From: Octopus bimaculoides
Taxonomy: Eukaryota
Length of the DNA: 64,000 nt
NCBI RefSeq assembly: GCF_001194135.2
Contig: NC_068994.1
Span: 36,970,498 to 37,034,497 of the forward strand
Direction of reading: 5' to 3'
Shown: positions 1-13,819 of the stretch, piece by piece
Layout: each line of letters begins with the position of its first letter
Position numbering within the stretch: position 1 is the stretch's first letter
Program-made: the position numbers and the translations under genes
Notes under the pieces: model-generated
Told to the model about the DNA's origin: nothing
The model's database searches: none
Seen by the model: only the letters and a program-made list of their open reading frames with translations

Positions 1-2010
1 TGCACACACATATATATGCATATACATATGCATATATATATACACACACAAAGTTAAGTATCTATGCACACACATATATATGCATATACATATGCATATA
101 TATATATGTGTTGGGGGAAATGTGCATATTCGTTTTTGTCTCCATGTTTTGACATTGTCAACATTCAAGAGATGTCCTTTGTTAATCAATCTTCAGTGAA
201 AACAGATCAAGCCATGAGGAAATATTACCTTATTTGGAAACAGGTGAGATTCTCTAAGGTGAAGTAGATGCATTAGCCTGCCCACAGACATGACAATTTT
301 TGTGGTTGGTGCCAGGATAAATTGCACCATAGCATACTCTGGGAAATGGTTGGCATTAGAAAGAGCATCAAGCAGCAGAATCCATGTAAATATGAAGTAT
401 AAAAGCAAGATATAGGCTCTGACCTATCTTGGAGCATAGTAACTTAAAATAAGAATAAATGCATGATGACAATGACAATAATGATGATAATGATGATGGT
501 GATGATGATATATGTATTTGTGTGCATTTTTGTTTGTGCCTATGTTTACATATTCAAGTAAGCCAAGAGATCCTATAAACACTCCCTTTGTAAACTGGTC
601 TTTTGAGTTCTATCATTTTATATCAAAAATAGAAACTTAGTCATTTGAAGAATAGACACCAACAAAATATTTACCAAACTAAAATAAATAGTTGAGGCAA
701 AATGACCACCCATTGATGATGGTACCCCAACATGATTACAGTCCAATAACAAAAACAAACAAAAGAGTAAATGTTTATAATCATGCATAACATTTTCTTT
801 AACCTTCCATATTGTAGCTAATTGCAATGTTAATTTTGATGACAAAATAGGTAAGGAAAAATTCATTGTGAAATTGGTGACAAAATTAGCTTCAGTGAAC
901 AGAACTGAAACCAGTTTTATAAGGAAATCTTTTTATCAACTGAACAATGAATTGTAAGATAGAGAATATTAATGATATTATCAACTTCCTTTTATCAAAT
1001 ATGTTTCAGCCTCAATAGAGAAAATATGGTGATGGTAGCTTGTGGTTTTCATCAATAAAATGTTGAAGTTGGAAATATAGGAAATAGGCTCTATTTTAGT
1101 GTTTCCGGCTGTAACATTATTGTGCTCATCTGCTAGTTGTTAATTAGTGAGTGAGAACTAAAATGCCATACTCCTAAATCAATGACTAATTTCCTCAGTT
1201 CCTGATTTTAGTGCTAGCATTCAGCATGACAGGTTTGAGGTTGATCTTGTCTGGTGTGGAAAATAAATAAATAAAATAATAATAATAATAATAATAAACA
1301 GTAATAGAAGAATAAAAAAGTAATAAAATAATCATAATATTCTAACACATTAGAAAAACTCACAGTCACTTTTAAACATCAAGGATAAAAAAAAGTATTA
1401 AAACATTAATTTTAAATGTCATAAAATATCTGCTACACATTGGTAACATTAAGGAAGTGAGATGTGTGAAAATCAATCAATTTTCCAGCTACAATCCCTT
1501 CCAAAGACTGGACGCAGACATACAAAATGGAGTGTATGGAATATATTTATTTTAAATGAAATGTAGCTTATTTCTAAATAAAAGCTTGTTTCATGAGGGG
1601 ATATTTAAATATCATACAACTTAGGAGAAGAAAATTACACATTTTTCTTTTCTCTTTTTTTTTCTTTTTTTTTTTTTGCATTTACAATTTCTTTAAAGTT
1701 ACACTGTGACAGGCAGCCTCATCACCCAATAAAATATTAATAGAAATATTTATGTAAACTTTCACTAAAACATTATTTTCATGAGAATTATCCCCCACCC
1801 CACCGAATGAGGTGACAGATTACCTATCACAACTTTTCAGGTGCTAGTTATAAATCATGAAACATTAGCTTAAACAAGTATTTGAGAGAATTTTAAATTC
1901 TGTATATGACATTTACTTAAATGCTTTTTGCTTCTCACACAACACTGCACCCATGGCACCTACCAGGGCCGCTATAATTCGGGGGAAATAGGAGGAAGTT
2001 AGTCTCAGGT

Positions 2011-2460
2011 ACAGGCATGACTGTGTGGTTAGAGGCTTGCTTCCCAACCAAGTGGTCTTGGGTTCAGTGCCACTGTATGAAACCTTGGGCAAATGTCTTC
2101 CACTATAGTTCCAGCTTGACAAAAATTGAAAGAAGTCCATCATATACATACATGCATGCATGCATGTATGTATAAAATGTATGTCTGTCTTTGTATTTGT
2201 CCCCACCACTGCCTGACAACTGTCGTGAGTTTCTTTCCATCTGGTAACTTAGTAGTTTAGGAAGAAAGAGACCAACAGAATAACAACTGTTGTGGGTTTG
2301 TTTCCATCTGATAACTTAGTGGTTTAGGAAAAAAAGAGATCAACAGAATAACTACCAGATTTTCAAATAGTATGGGGGGTGATATTTTCAAGCAACCCAT
2401 TCAGGGCAGTGCCCTAGCATGGCCAAAGTCTTAAGACTGAAACAAGAAATGGATAAAAGA
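2011..2460 (+). mobile_element. Family A SINE with an internal ~67-bp tandem duplication
   Basis: Same head, core and tail; duplicated block ACAACTGT..TTTCCATCTG.TAACTTAGT.GTTTAGGAA..AAGAGA.CAACAGAATAAC at about 2215-2283 and 2282-2352. Confidence 0.8.
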
Positions 2461-2931
2461 AAGTACTTTTCATTGAGTGAAACTTGCAAAAGTTACCCAT
2501 GAACAAGGTTAACTTGAGAAATGGTTTAATACTATCAACCAAGATCTGGAACTTTTCTTTTGTTGATCTTCTACAGTTTATATCTACAAAATCCTATTCA
2601 TGAAACTTTGATTAATTTATTTACTATTATTTGATTCTGGTTAGAATCAAAGTGTTTTGATAATTTGAGTTACATCTAATATAAACCAATTCCACATTGC
2701 TGCAGGGATAGCTGTGCGGTTAAAGAAGCTAACTTCACAGTCTTCTGCTATAAATTTCAGTTTTTACCAATACCTTGTGAGTGGAATTTGAAACTGAATA
2801 GAAGCCTACTATCATCCATTGTTACAAACACTGCTACCACTCCTACTGCAATCACCACTAGTGTCACCAACGCCTCTGTTGCTGTTGTCACCATTATTGT
2901 CACCATAATCATCATCATCATCATCATTTTA

Positions 2932-3138
2932 CCCTTTAGCATTTAAACTGGCCCTATCTAGCCAAAATATTCTGCCTCTTTTATATTCAAACTGGCCAGA
3001 TTCAACATCTCATACCTACTCTATAATGTCATAGGAAAAATAAATGATCACATCATAGAAATGATAATGCATGATTAATTTAAGACAATGAGAATATATA
3101 AGTATTACATTTGACAGTGTAATCTGAGTTCTAAAGGG
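2932..3138. mobile_element. piggyBac-like MITE
   Basis: CCCTTTAG...CTAAAGGG ends, TTAA on the right and TTTA on the left. Confidence 0.8.
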
Positions 3139-3680
3139 TTAACAACCATTTATTTTACCCTTGCTTGTGTAGCTTGGACAATCCTTCTTAAATACAATGT
3201 CTTGCTATTTATTGCAGTTTTTTGTTATCTTCATTATAAAGTGCAAAGTGGTGCTAACAGCTTGCATCACTTCTTTCTATCTTTTCTGGTCTTCTAAGTT
3301 TCTTTCACTTGAATTCCTTGTTACTTCTTTAGCGAGTAGAAGGGCTTCATTGTTGTCAGTATCATTGTTGTAGTAATGGTGTCTCATACTTTTCAATATA
3401 GGAGCAGAGAATGTTGGCGTTTGAATCACAATCCATTGTCTGTTGCATTTGTACAGCATCCAGTAGGGAAAGCATATATAGAACATCTAGCTGTTACAGA
3501 ACACAATAATAATTTGCAGCAATAGTAATTATTCACTTAGCTTAAGTTTGGCACCATCATTTGGTGCATTCTCCAAGAGAAAATGTGAATAATGTGCCTA
3601 CCATTCATATTATCAGTCATACTTGTATGGCATTGGTTGTAGGGAGCATATGTATATTTTCTAACAATCAAGAGAGACCT

Positions 3681-3882
3681 TTAACCCGCTCATATCCAGC
3701 CCAAATATTCTATCTCCTTTATGTTTCAACTAGCCTCTCACACCTACCATACAATATCATTCTAAAAACAAACAATCAGATCATTGAAATCATGAAGTTT
3801 TTAGATAATATATGATAAATTCAAAACAGTGTGAATAAATAAGCATTTCACTTAATAAGAGTAATCTGAATGCTAAAGACCT
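3681..3882. mobile_element. Second, more diverged copy of the piggyBac-like MITE
   Basis: Starts TTAACCC; aligns by eye to 2932-3138 in the same orientation. Confidence 0.7.
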
Positions 3883-3948
3883 AAACAAAAGTTAGTTTCT
3901 GCATTGTAAGATGTAGCAAAAACAGATATCTTTTTTATTTATACCTTC

Positions 3949-4095
3949 AGGCATAGGAGTGGCTGTGTGGTAAGTAGCTTGCTTACCAACCACATGGCAC
4001 CTTGGGCAAGTGTCTTCTACTATAGCCTCGGGCTGACCAAAGCCTTGTGAGTGGATTTGGTAGATGGAAACTGAAAGAAGCCTGTTGTATATATG

Positions 4096-4126
<31 letters not shown>

Positions 4127-4331
4127 ATGTTTGTGTGTCTGTGTTTGTCCCCCCAACATCGCTTGACAACCGATGCTGGTGTGTTTACATCCCTGTAACT
4201 TAGCAGTTCGGCAAAAGAGACTGATAGAATAAGTACTAGGCTTACAAAGAATAAGTCCCGGGGTCGATTTGCTCGACTAAAGGCGGTGCTCCAGCATGGC
4301 CACAGTCAAAAGACTGAAACAAGTAAAAGAG
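3949..4331 (+). mobile_element. tRNA-derived octopus SINE (family A), relatively young copy with a deletion in the head
   Basis: GGCATAGGAGTGGCTGTGTGGTAAG head, GGCACCTTGGGCAAGTGTCTTCTACTATAGCC core, central (TA/TG)n, tail CCAGCATGGCCACAGTC..GACTGAAACAAGTAAAAGA. Confidence 0.9.
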
Positions 4332-4456
4332 CATATTTATACGAAATCAGTAAATGCAAACTATACATGATATTTCCATTTTAAAAATATAGACTTTTAC
4401 AACATCCCTTAGCATTGTTATGTAAAATAAGGTCAAAAACTTGTCAGTTTGAATTG

Positions 4457-4735
4457 CACACCCATGTGTGGCACCCACGCTGGTGCCACATAAAAGCACC
4501 CAGGCACACTCTGTAAAGTGGTTGGCAACAAGAAAGGCATCCAGCTATAGAAACCAGGCCAAAACAGTCAAATAGAGCCTGGACAACTCTCTGGCTGGCC
4601 AGTTCCTGTGAAACTGTCTAACCCATAGCAGCATAGAAAACAGACATTCAAACGATGATGATGATGAGGATGATGATGATGATGGTGGTGGTGGTGGTGG
4701 TGGTGGTGGTGATGATGATGAGGAGGAGGAGGAGG
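4457..4735 (+). mobile_element. RTE-tail-type SINE/LINE 3' end with (GAT)n tail
   Basis: AAAAGCACCC..CACACT..GTGGTTGGC..AGAAAGGCATCCAGC..AACCCAT..CAGCAT.GAAAA..GAC.TT.AA.GATGATGAT; related copies at about 40085-40530, 45830-46000 and 58925-59030. Confidence 0.75.
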
Positions 4736-6204
4736 AAATAGTTAAAAACAAAAATACACTGCTATGCTAATGTTAGATTATCAAATAAATGTGAATTACT
4801 CACATCTCTAGTCAGGGATTGCATGTATATGTTTACTCTAATCAAATCATCAGTCTTCTTCATATGTAAATTTGCTGCTTTTGTGAAAGACTGCCAATGT
4901 ATATTTAATACGAGCATACAGTGCCTTAATTGAATAGGCCACAAATATATAAAAATGAGTCAATATTGGGCAAGGAATTTGTCCTCCTCTTTAAATGGAT
5001 CACTGATAGCTATTCAATCAGCTAAACTCATTTTTGTTTCTTTGTTAGGGAAATAAGAGTGATAAAGTTTAGGGGAATATGAGCGATAATGTTTAGGAGA
5101 ATAAAGATGGTGCTATGCTAAATGGTTATCAAAAGTCTCATCTTAATGTAAGCATGTTCAATCTACAAATAACAGAAACTAAAATACATTAATTAATCTC
5201 ACCTACTCCCACATCTTCATCATTATCAGGTTATTAACCATTAGTTATTGAATAACTGAAACCAGACTTTGAATGCTTGTAGGGCTTATTATCTTGACAC
5301 ACCAGCTCAGCTATAATCTTTTATTGCCTATCCAAGTATTTATTATATTAACTGTTGGGGCTTAAAAGCTAAGCTGATCTTGGCAGGAATCAAACTCACA
5401 ACTGTAAATTATCAAAGAGATGCTGCAGTTTAGTGCTTTGGATTTGGCAATATAACATGTGGCTGTTTGCATGTTAATTCTACTATGTTGATTCTGTACA
5501 AGTAGAAGCAAAGTATTGATTTCTGACAAAAACAGTAAGCCACACATTTTTCCGAAGAATTCAATTGGGATTAGGTGACATTCATACATTTCTCATGTAT
5601 TTTTGATGTAACTGATAGAAGAAAAAAATATTTAATTTTTCTTGATAGAAGCATTAGATTTCACATGTATGTGCAAACTGCAGTATATGTTTTGTATATG
5701 TGCTTACTATGTCATGAGAGGATGCATGTCTGTGTCTTTGTATATTAAGAATGGTCTTCATTTCTTTGATTAGAGAATGGACAGCTGATTCATGGTACAA
5801 GCATGGCCACATTGTTATGAGTTTCTCAGTGGCAAATGAATCAGAACCAGAAAGAATTCCTTAAGTCACTAGTAGAATATAAATGAAAATATAGTGGCAC
5901 TAAAGATGTGCATACATTTACGCACACACATACAAACACATCCACATACATGCATATATAGGTTATGTGTGTATGTGTGTGAATCTGTCTATAGAAGGTC
6001 CTTGAAATAGAAAAACAGCACAATCAGTATATTGGTAATAGAATGAATACAATTTGAATACAACATCTCTTGTATATCAGTCTTGCCTAAGCTGAGATTT
6101 ATTTGACCAAGCATATTTTCGTAATAGTTTACAATATTGTATTCAAATATATGAGTGAGTAAGTGTGTGTGTGTGTGTGGGGGGGAGCATAGATAGATAG
6201 TGAA

Positions 6205-6237
<33 letters not shown>

Positions 6238-6859
6238 AATAGACAAACAGACACAGAGTTTGTGTGTGTATGTATATATATATATATATGTATATTATAT
6301 ATTTATATTTCTGTGTGTGTTTTAATATTTTGCTTAGGTATTGTGATACTAATAACCTGGTGTAGAACTCAATATGTATGCCTGTGAAAGAATTGTTGGT
6401 CAAGTGAAAAGTGGTAATAAGAGAAGAGATGGCAATTATCTTATGAACTTCGTTAGCATACAATTGGTTCCACTATAAGATGTGGTGGACTCACAGTTGA
6501 GTGGCTGAGCAACACTTTACAGAGCTTTATGCATGTGTGTATGTGTAAGATGTTGAATTAGTAAATGTCTCAGTCTGCAAAAATTGATAACTCTCCACTA
6601 AAATAAATGCTTTTGTTTGAGTCTATTCCTGTTCTAACTGAACTGATGAAACATTCTACTCCTTAACAAGTTAGTAAATGTTCTGGTATTTTGTTTTAAC
6701 CAAATCAGAAAAAAAAATCTAAACAATTAAAAGAGAAACGAGTGTCTATGCTTTATGTTCAGCTTGTACCTAGCTGCTTGACTGGCTGGAAATAGCATCT
6801 ACATCTCCTTTAAATCACATCCCACTGCCTAAAAATTAGAAAGGAGTCAGTCATAGTTT

Positions 6860-6962
6860 TGAGTTCAGTACCACTGCATAGCACTTGGGTAAGTGTCTTC
6901 TACTACAGCCCTGCTGATCGAATCCTTGGGTGTTTGGTTGATGGAAACTGAAATATGCCTGT

Positions 6963-6994
<32 letters not shown>

Positions 6995-7430
6995 TATAGT
7001 GTTGATGTTTGTATGTTTGTGTGTGTGTGTGTGTGTGTGTGGAATAGACTTTTTATTGCATGACAGTTGAAAATGAGCATCACCATCACACATGCACTGT
7101 CCTTTATTTTCCAATCTTTTTGTGAAAACATGTTGGCCATGGCCATTGTGAAAACATGTTGGCCACCTTACTTGAAAACAGATTATGTTTGACAACAAGG
7201 CCATTTGACCATTGAAAATCTGCCTCTTTAAATTCCATCAAACTCATGTTAGAATGTAAAAGTGGACTTTAAAACAATGCAATTCAGTGAAAAGAGCCTG
7301 ATAGAATGAGAACTAGTCTTAAAATAAGTTCTGGAGTTGATTTGATTGACTGAAAACCATTCAGGGCATTGCCCTAGCATGACTGCAGTCCAATTATAGA
7401 AACAAGTAAAAAAAAAACAAAAAAAAACAA
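6860..7430 (+). mobile_element. Split family A SINE
   Basis: Head/core at 6860-7040 and tail at 7320-7430. Confidence 0.65.
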
Positions 7431-10400
7431 ATGAAAGATTAATCATTTATGATTTGTCCCTTTGCTAGTTGAATGTCTGAATGGAGATAAAATATTTCAG
7501 AAAGAGAATTCTTTCTGGATTTTCATTTGTGCATGAATATTCTTAAGATAGGTTTAGGATTCAATTGTGTAGAAAATTGGAATGGACAATTATCTTTTCC
7601 ATCAGGCTCACATTTCAATACATTGTCCAATAAATGATTGTGAGTACAAGCAACTTTCATTTTTCTCTGCTGGTCTGGAACAGGGAATTTTCTGTTATAA
7701 AATGGTATCCCAAGCCTGCTTATGGTAAGATCAAACATATTTTGTTGAATAATTAGCTATCTATAAGAGTGAGGAATGAGTCTTGGAGGCATACATTCAA
7801 CCTATCCTTATATATGGTTATGTGATTTGATGGATTATCAACTAACAAGTGCAGAAGCTTATCAGAGCTGCAGAGATTTGGTTCCATAGATAAATACTGA
7901 GGGTATCTTATGTCGATAAATTAATGACAAACAGTGAAGTTCTTAGATGAGTAAAGACCATCAGTAATCTTTTCAACAACATAAGGAGACAACAGGCTTA
8001 GTTCAGTGTACGGCATATGAAAATAAAATACATTGAGCACTTGATAATGATGGAAAAACTGAAAGAAAAACATTGGGGAAGAAAGAGAGACAAGGTATAT
8101 GATAACCTTAGTAGCTAGCTTCATAAAGATCAGGTCAGTAATGTGCTAAGTTGTGGGCAGAGGAATGTGGATGGCCATGATCGCCTATGCCTTTAGGAAT
8201 GGCACATGAAAGAGATGATATCAGAAGTTTGGTAAAATTGTTAAGTTTCTAATGAATGTGTTCCAATTGAACTCCTGCCATAAATGTGATAACTATGATA
8301 TCGTCAAAAGTCAGTGAAAGAACCTCTAGGTAGCAGCTGTTCAGCATGCAGAAATATCAGCCTATTCTCCCTCAGATAATACCATCTGCAATAAAGGAAA
8401 GGACATATTAGATTATGTAGTTGACGATATCTCTAAAATGATGTGAATGTCTTAAGTGGAATACATTTAACCTATTTCTACTCAGAGTTCGTCTGGAGCT
8501 AAACAATAACAAATGGCTGCTAAATTTGCTTTCAAATTTCTCGGTTTGTCTCTTTCTTATGAACCCTACTTCTGCCTGTGTTCTCTCTCATAAATTAACA
8601 TAATAAAACCTGTCCACTGTACTGTTAAATTGTTTCAACATTTGCATAACTGTTTAAAGTTAGCTTCCACAAACTTTAATTTACTTATGCATTTTAATAT
8701 CATTTCAAAATTGATTCCATTCTCATTTTGTATGTTTGGCAGCATCAAACAGTTGGTAATTCATATCAACTGTTTTTGATATGTGTTGCATCTCTGGGAA
8801 AGATGCTCAGCCTTCAAGGGTCTCTTGCAGTTATTCTAAAATAGGTACTATACAAACATGAAATGAAATTCATCTTTGTAAGCAAAAATGGGTACCAGAT
8901 CAGTTGAATATTTGTTACCTTTAACTTCTTGGCTCACATGTTTATTATTAAAGCAGAAGCAAAAAATCAAACAAAATAAGCATTAATTCCAATGGACATA
9001 TTTTTGGAAAATATTAATTTTCTTTTCAATCCTGGAGTCCACTTGGGTAGCCTTGTAGCCTTCATTTGAAGGTGTAGCTTTATGTTTCATACATTTATTT
9101 AATAGGGAAAAATAATCAAATAATGAATCTCAAATAAATCTTCAGTAGATTACTGCTCTGGCATTTGAATATCTGGGATTGTGTTGATGCTACATGTATA
9201 TATATAAGTACTCACACACACGCACATATATGTATGCATGAATGTATGTGTATGTATGTGTATGTATGTGTCTGTGTTTGTCTTTCATCAGATGAAAGCT
9301 AATGTTTTCATCTGGTGAAAACCTAGCAACTCAGTAAAAATAAAATAACAACAATAATAATGGTTTAAAATTTTGCCATAAGGGAGGGGAAATAAAGTAG
9401 AATAAGACCAATAGAACCAAACTGAGAAGCATCCCAAAATAGGCCATATAACTGATTGACATGAAGACACTCACCAACTGGCTCACAGATGTGCTGTGTT
9501 TCATTACTGTGCATTTTCAATAAGAATGATAGTCTTATCAGCTATTCAGAGCTGGCTGCCTTATGCCATACCTACTAAGACATTTCTGACTCCCTTGCTG
9601 TCTCTCCTCTTATAATTTATATTAAGTCCACCCAATTCAAGCCCAGCAACTAACCACTATACACTGCCCTTCTTTCTCCAGAAGGTCAGTTCTCTAGAAA
9701 TCCTTCCCTTCCCATATTCTTCATGCAGTCATGAACTTATTTAACTGATTTAACTGTCTTGTGGGATCTGCAAAGGCTAATAACCCAATAACACAATCCT
9801 TCCTTCAGATCAAATCATTAATATATGTATATGTATATATGTATGTATGTTTGTATGTATGTATGTATGTATGTATGTATGCATGTGTGTGTGTATGTAT
9901 GTGTGTGTGTCTGTATATATCCATGTATACATATACATACATACATAGATAAATATATGCTTATGTACAAGCTTATATATATGTTTGTTTTACAGATCAT
10001 AAGACTTTTAAGAGAGCCATACCATTGTGATTGAAATCCTAGGGAACATTAAATATTTCTCAGAAAAATTCCTTATTAAATAATTTGATAAAATGTCTTC
10101 AGATATCTAATAAAATATTATAAGAAATATTTTTAAAAAATAATAAAATTGCATTTCAACACTCAATTTTATATTGACCTACATCCCAAACTTGAACTTT
10201 ATTAATCTTGATATCTTAACATTCTTCAAACAATATAGATTTATCATAATTAAATTTTGCTCTCACTGCATAATATAAATAAAAAACAAAAATATTTTAC
10301 TTCCTTCCAGTCTCATGCTTAAAACTGTATTGCTTTCATCATAGCATAAATGTTCTATTTTTTTATCATATTCCATATAAACTGATGAAGTTACACCAGG

Positions 10401-10643
10401 CCATACTGTAATGATTCAAGCCTACCCAAGCTAGAGGGTCAATTGTTTATGTTCACTCATCACAACTGCACTGTGTCCTTGAAATATTAATAAAAATATT
10501 AAGCAATATTTTGGTGCTGCAGCAATTTTCAGAATTTACTTTTAAATCTATTCTTTTTCCAAGCTAGCAAAATATGAAATTTGATCTTAGTTTATGAATA
10601 AAATGTAACTTGGTTTACCAGTTCTCTGCTTGTTCATCTAGTA

Positions 10644-11315
10644 CAGGAGTTCCCAAACATCTTCTTCCATCATATCCCTACATGTCTAAATATCTAACAT
10701 TGGTGTACCCAATGTGAAGAATATTAGGTAAAATAGTTGGACACCATAGAACAGGCAATAAACCCGTTATTTGTTATCGATTTACTTTTAATTTTATTTC
10801 ATTTATTTCATAGAATTCAAATCCTGCCATGGTTTACATTGCCTTTTGTCCTGGGTTCAGTAGAATAATGCACAGTTCAGTACTGATTCAATTTAATCAA
10901 CTTTCTGTTCTCAAGAATTTCAGTTAATTTAGTATTATATTTTTATTAGATAGATGAGCTTGGATGTTTCTAACAAGTAACTCAAACCTAGGCTCAGTTT
11001 CAGAGAAGCACACTTGCATACATTTCTTAATTAATAGCTCCCTGTCTACTGTTCTAGTAAAAGGGTTAGAAGAAATTTGATTTTCCTAAAATTGATTTTT
11101 GCTGAAATTTTGATTTTTGGGTTGCTGACTCTCTTGCTGATGTTAAGTGTGTTGAAACAGCAAAAAATCTTCCCCACATAACTTTGAGGTACATGAGTTG
11201 CATATTGGTCATTGCGATTGTTTCGAAATTCCAATGCATTTACAACCCTTGTGTGCCCATGCAATTTCTCATGATTACACATGGGAGTATGCATACCCCT
11301 GTTTGAGAACCCTTG
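10644..11315. mobile_element. hAT (Charlie-like) MITE
   Basis: TIRs CAGGAGTTCCCAAACA and TGTTTGAGAACCCTTG (13/16 match); 8-bp TSD ATCTAGTA / AGCTAGTA. Confidence 0.8.
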
Positions 11316-11575
11316 AGCTAGTACATTGAAGTAATCGAAGAAAACATTTTTTTGTTTTGTATTTTGTAGGCCTGTACATTTAAAACTTTAAGTTCAACCA
11401 GTATGAGGATTTCACAAGAATATTTCTGTGGAGATGTACATGAAAAATAAAGAAAACATATCTGCAGGTAAGTTTGTAAAATACTCAATATCATGTGTCA
11501 TACATTAACTTATGGAATCATGAAATTCAACAGTAAGCTGAGACAGGGTGACTGACCAAATAATATACTTCTTGC

Positions 11576-11707
11576 TTCTGAGTTCAAATTCTGCCAAGGT
11601 TGACTTTGCCTTTCATCCTTTCAGAGTCAATAAATTATGTTGTGTACTGATCTAATTGACTGGCCCCCTCCCCAAACATTTCTGGCCTTGTGCCTAGAGT
11701 AGAGAAG
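11576..11707 (+). mobile_element. 5'-truncated SINE (family B) with a 14-bp TSD
   Basis: GAGTTCAAATTCTGCCAAGGTTGACTTTGCCTTTCATCCTTTC core, flanked by exact AATATACTTCTTGC at 11562-11575 and 11708-11721. Confidence 0.85.
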
Positions 11708-11937
11708 AATATACTTCTTGCATATTTGATAACAAATTCTTTCAGCATTAATAATGTGCTAGACAGACCTTATACAAAACCTGTAAAAAGTTTAATGAAC
11801 AATAATTTAAAATAGATATTTTCATGGAAATAGTTCGATTATATTTTTGCTGACTGAAACACTCTAATTTTAATAAAGGACACTAATCGTTAAACTTTTA
11901 CAAATAACTGGAGTGTTAAACTACTTATAAATTGTAC

Positions 11938-11978
<41 letters not shown>

Positions 11979-12059
11979 AGTCTGTCTGTCTGTCTATATA
12001 TATATATACACACATACCAGTTTATATTTTAGAAAGAATGAAACTGGAAAATGAGAGAG

Positions 12060-12372
12060 TGTTGCTTTTTATACGTGTGATTTGTGGAAGGAAATGTTTT
12101 AGTCATGCAGGTTTGGTGAGCCATCAGAGAACTCGCAGGAATCAACCCCTTGTAAATTGTGATATGGCTGTTGTTCACAACAGAACATATGCAAGCTGTG
12201 GAAAGGTGTGCCTTTCAGTTGGAGGATTGAAAAGGCATGTCAAAAGACTTCATACTGTGGCACCTGTTCCTTCTGCCAGCCAGCACAGCTGTGAATTATG
12301 TAATATAGAATGTGCAACCTTTTGGCCAGGCTCAAGAGTTATACAAGGGCCTCACATTGCATCATCAAAGAC
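12060..12372 (+). mobile_element. 3' remnant of a LINE (RTE-like) ORF2 with three degenerate C2H2 zinc fingers
   Basis: VICGRKCFSHAGLVSHQRT, SCGKVCLSVGGLKRHVKRLH, and CELCNIECAT continuing after a frameshift as LARLKSYTRASH. The CGxxCxSxxGLxSHxR type is typical of LINE C-termini. Family assignment is inference. Confidence 0.6.
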
Positions 12373-12513
12373 TCATTTCATTGATTCTTTCTAGCAATGG
12401 CTTTGCTCATATATGAGAAAGCATCAATTATATATATCTATTTATATCTATAATTACTTGTCTCACAAGAGACTGGGATTTGATTCTCTGCCAGGGAGGT
12501 TTATTATTTTCTG

Positions 12514-12688
12514 GGCACAGGCATGGGACATGGCTGTGTGATAAAAGTTTGCTCCCCAACCACATAGCTCCAGGTTCAATCCTATTGCACAGCACCTTGG
12601 GCAAGTGTCTTCTACTACAGCCCTGGGCTGACAAAGGTTTTGTGAGTGGATTTCATAGACGGAAACTGAAAGAAGCCCATCACACACT

Positions 12689-12740
<52 letters not shown>

Positions 12741-12930
12741 CATATATTTGTGTATGTATGTCACCCACCACTGCTTGACAACTGATGTTGATTTATTTAT
12801 GTCCTCCTAACCTAGCAGTTTGGCAAAAGAATGTGTCAGGCTCAACAATTTGTTTGACTAAACCCTTCAAGGGGACACCCCAGCATAGCTGCACACCAGT
12901 GACTGAAACACATAAAAGATTAAAGATAAA
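12514..12930 (+). mobile_element. Family A SINE
   Basis: Head, CACCTTGGGCAAGTGTCTTCTACTAC core and CCCCAGCATAGCTGC..GACTGAAAC tail. Confidence 0.85.
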
Positions 12931-13819
12931 AGATATATAAAAATATGTGTGTAGATATCTATATATATATGGGAAACTACATGTGTGTGTGTGTGTGCAT
13001 GTGTTTGTGTGTGCATGCATGTGTGTGTGCATGCATCTGAGTGTGCCAATAGCACTGTTATCTCTTAAGAAGAACTTTCATCTGTTGAATGTTTTACATG
13101 AATATTTTGTATTTTCTCTATGTTTAAGAATTGTATTAAGACTTTTGGAGTCTGATCAAAATGTAATATATACATGAGCATGTGTGCACACACACATGTA
13201 CACATGCATAAAGAATCCTGTAAGAGAATCAGGTAAACACACTAAAAGTTCAGCTGCCATTTCGAACTAAATTAAAGACATTTCTGTCTGGTTATAGAAT
13301 CAAGAATGAATAAACCAAATTTTATACATTCAAAGCAAGAATTTTACTAAGTTCTAACATGATACAAAAAAGGTTTTCAGAGATCAAAACTACTAATAAT
13401 AATTATGAACATTGATGTAATAAAGACATCAGAGACAGAAGAAAATGTTTAATTTACCAAGTCTAATGAAGACAATGATCTTAAAGACAACGATTGTTGT
13501 TGATTAAAACTGTATTGATAAACAAGAATATTTTTTTAGGGTGGCTTGTTTCAATATCAAGAGTTTATATTATTCGTGAATATTTTTCCATTTTCATTTA
13601 GAGATATTTTAGTGTGGATGAAATTAATTGGAAACATATTAAGTTCATTAAGTCTGATAAACGGGAGCCTGTGGAAATTTAGTGTGCCAGCATCTAGTCT
13701 TATCTATGACAAGTGCATATGTCTAAAGTACAGCTAAGATTAATTATATATATATATGAATGTATATAAATGGAGAGAGAGGAAGAGAGAGAAAGAGATT
13801 CATGAATGATCATGGAATT

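Noticed and set aside
1-107. About 42-bp direct repeat with a 64-bp period at the window start
   Set aside because: Composed of AT/AC microsatellite variants; uninformative local slippage.
3949-4030. tRNA-like heads as tRNA genes
   Set aside because: All are followed by SINE bodies and tails, and no complete cloverleaf is evident.
7921-8124. Minus-strand acceptor plus short ORF as a Pcdh exon
   Set aside because: The peptide has no similarity to protocadherin tails; acceptor-like motifs are frequent in AT-rich introns.
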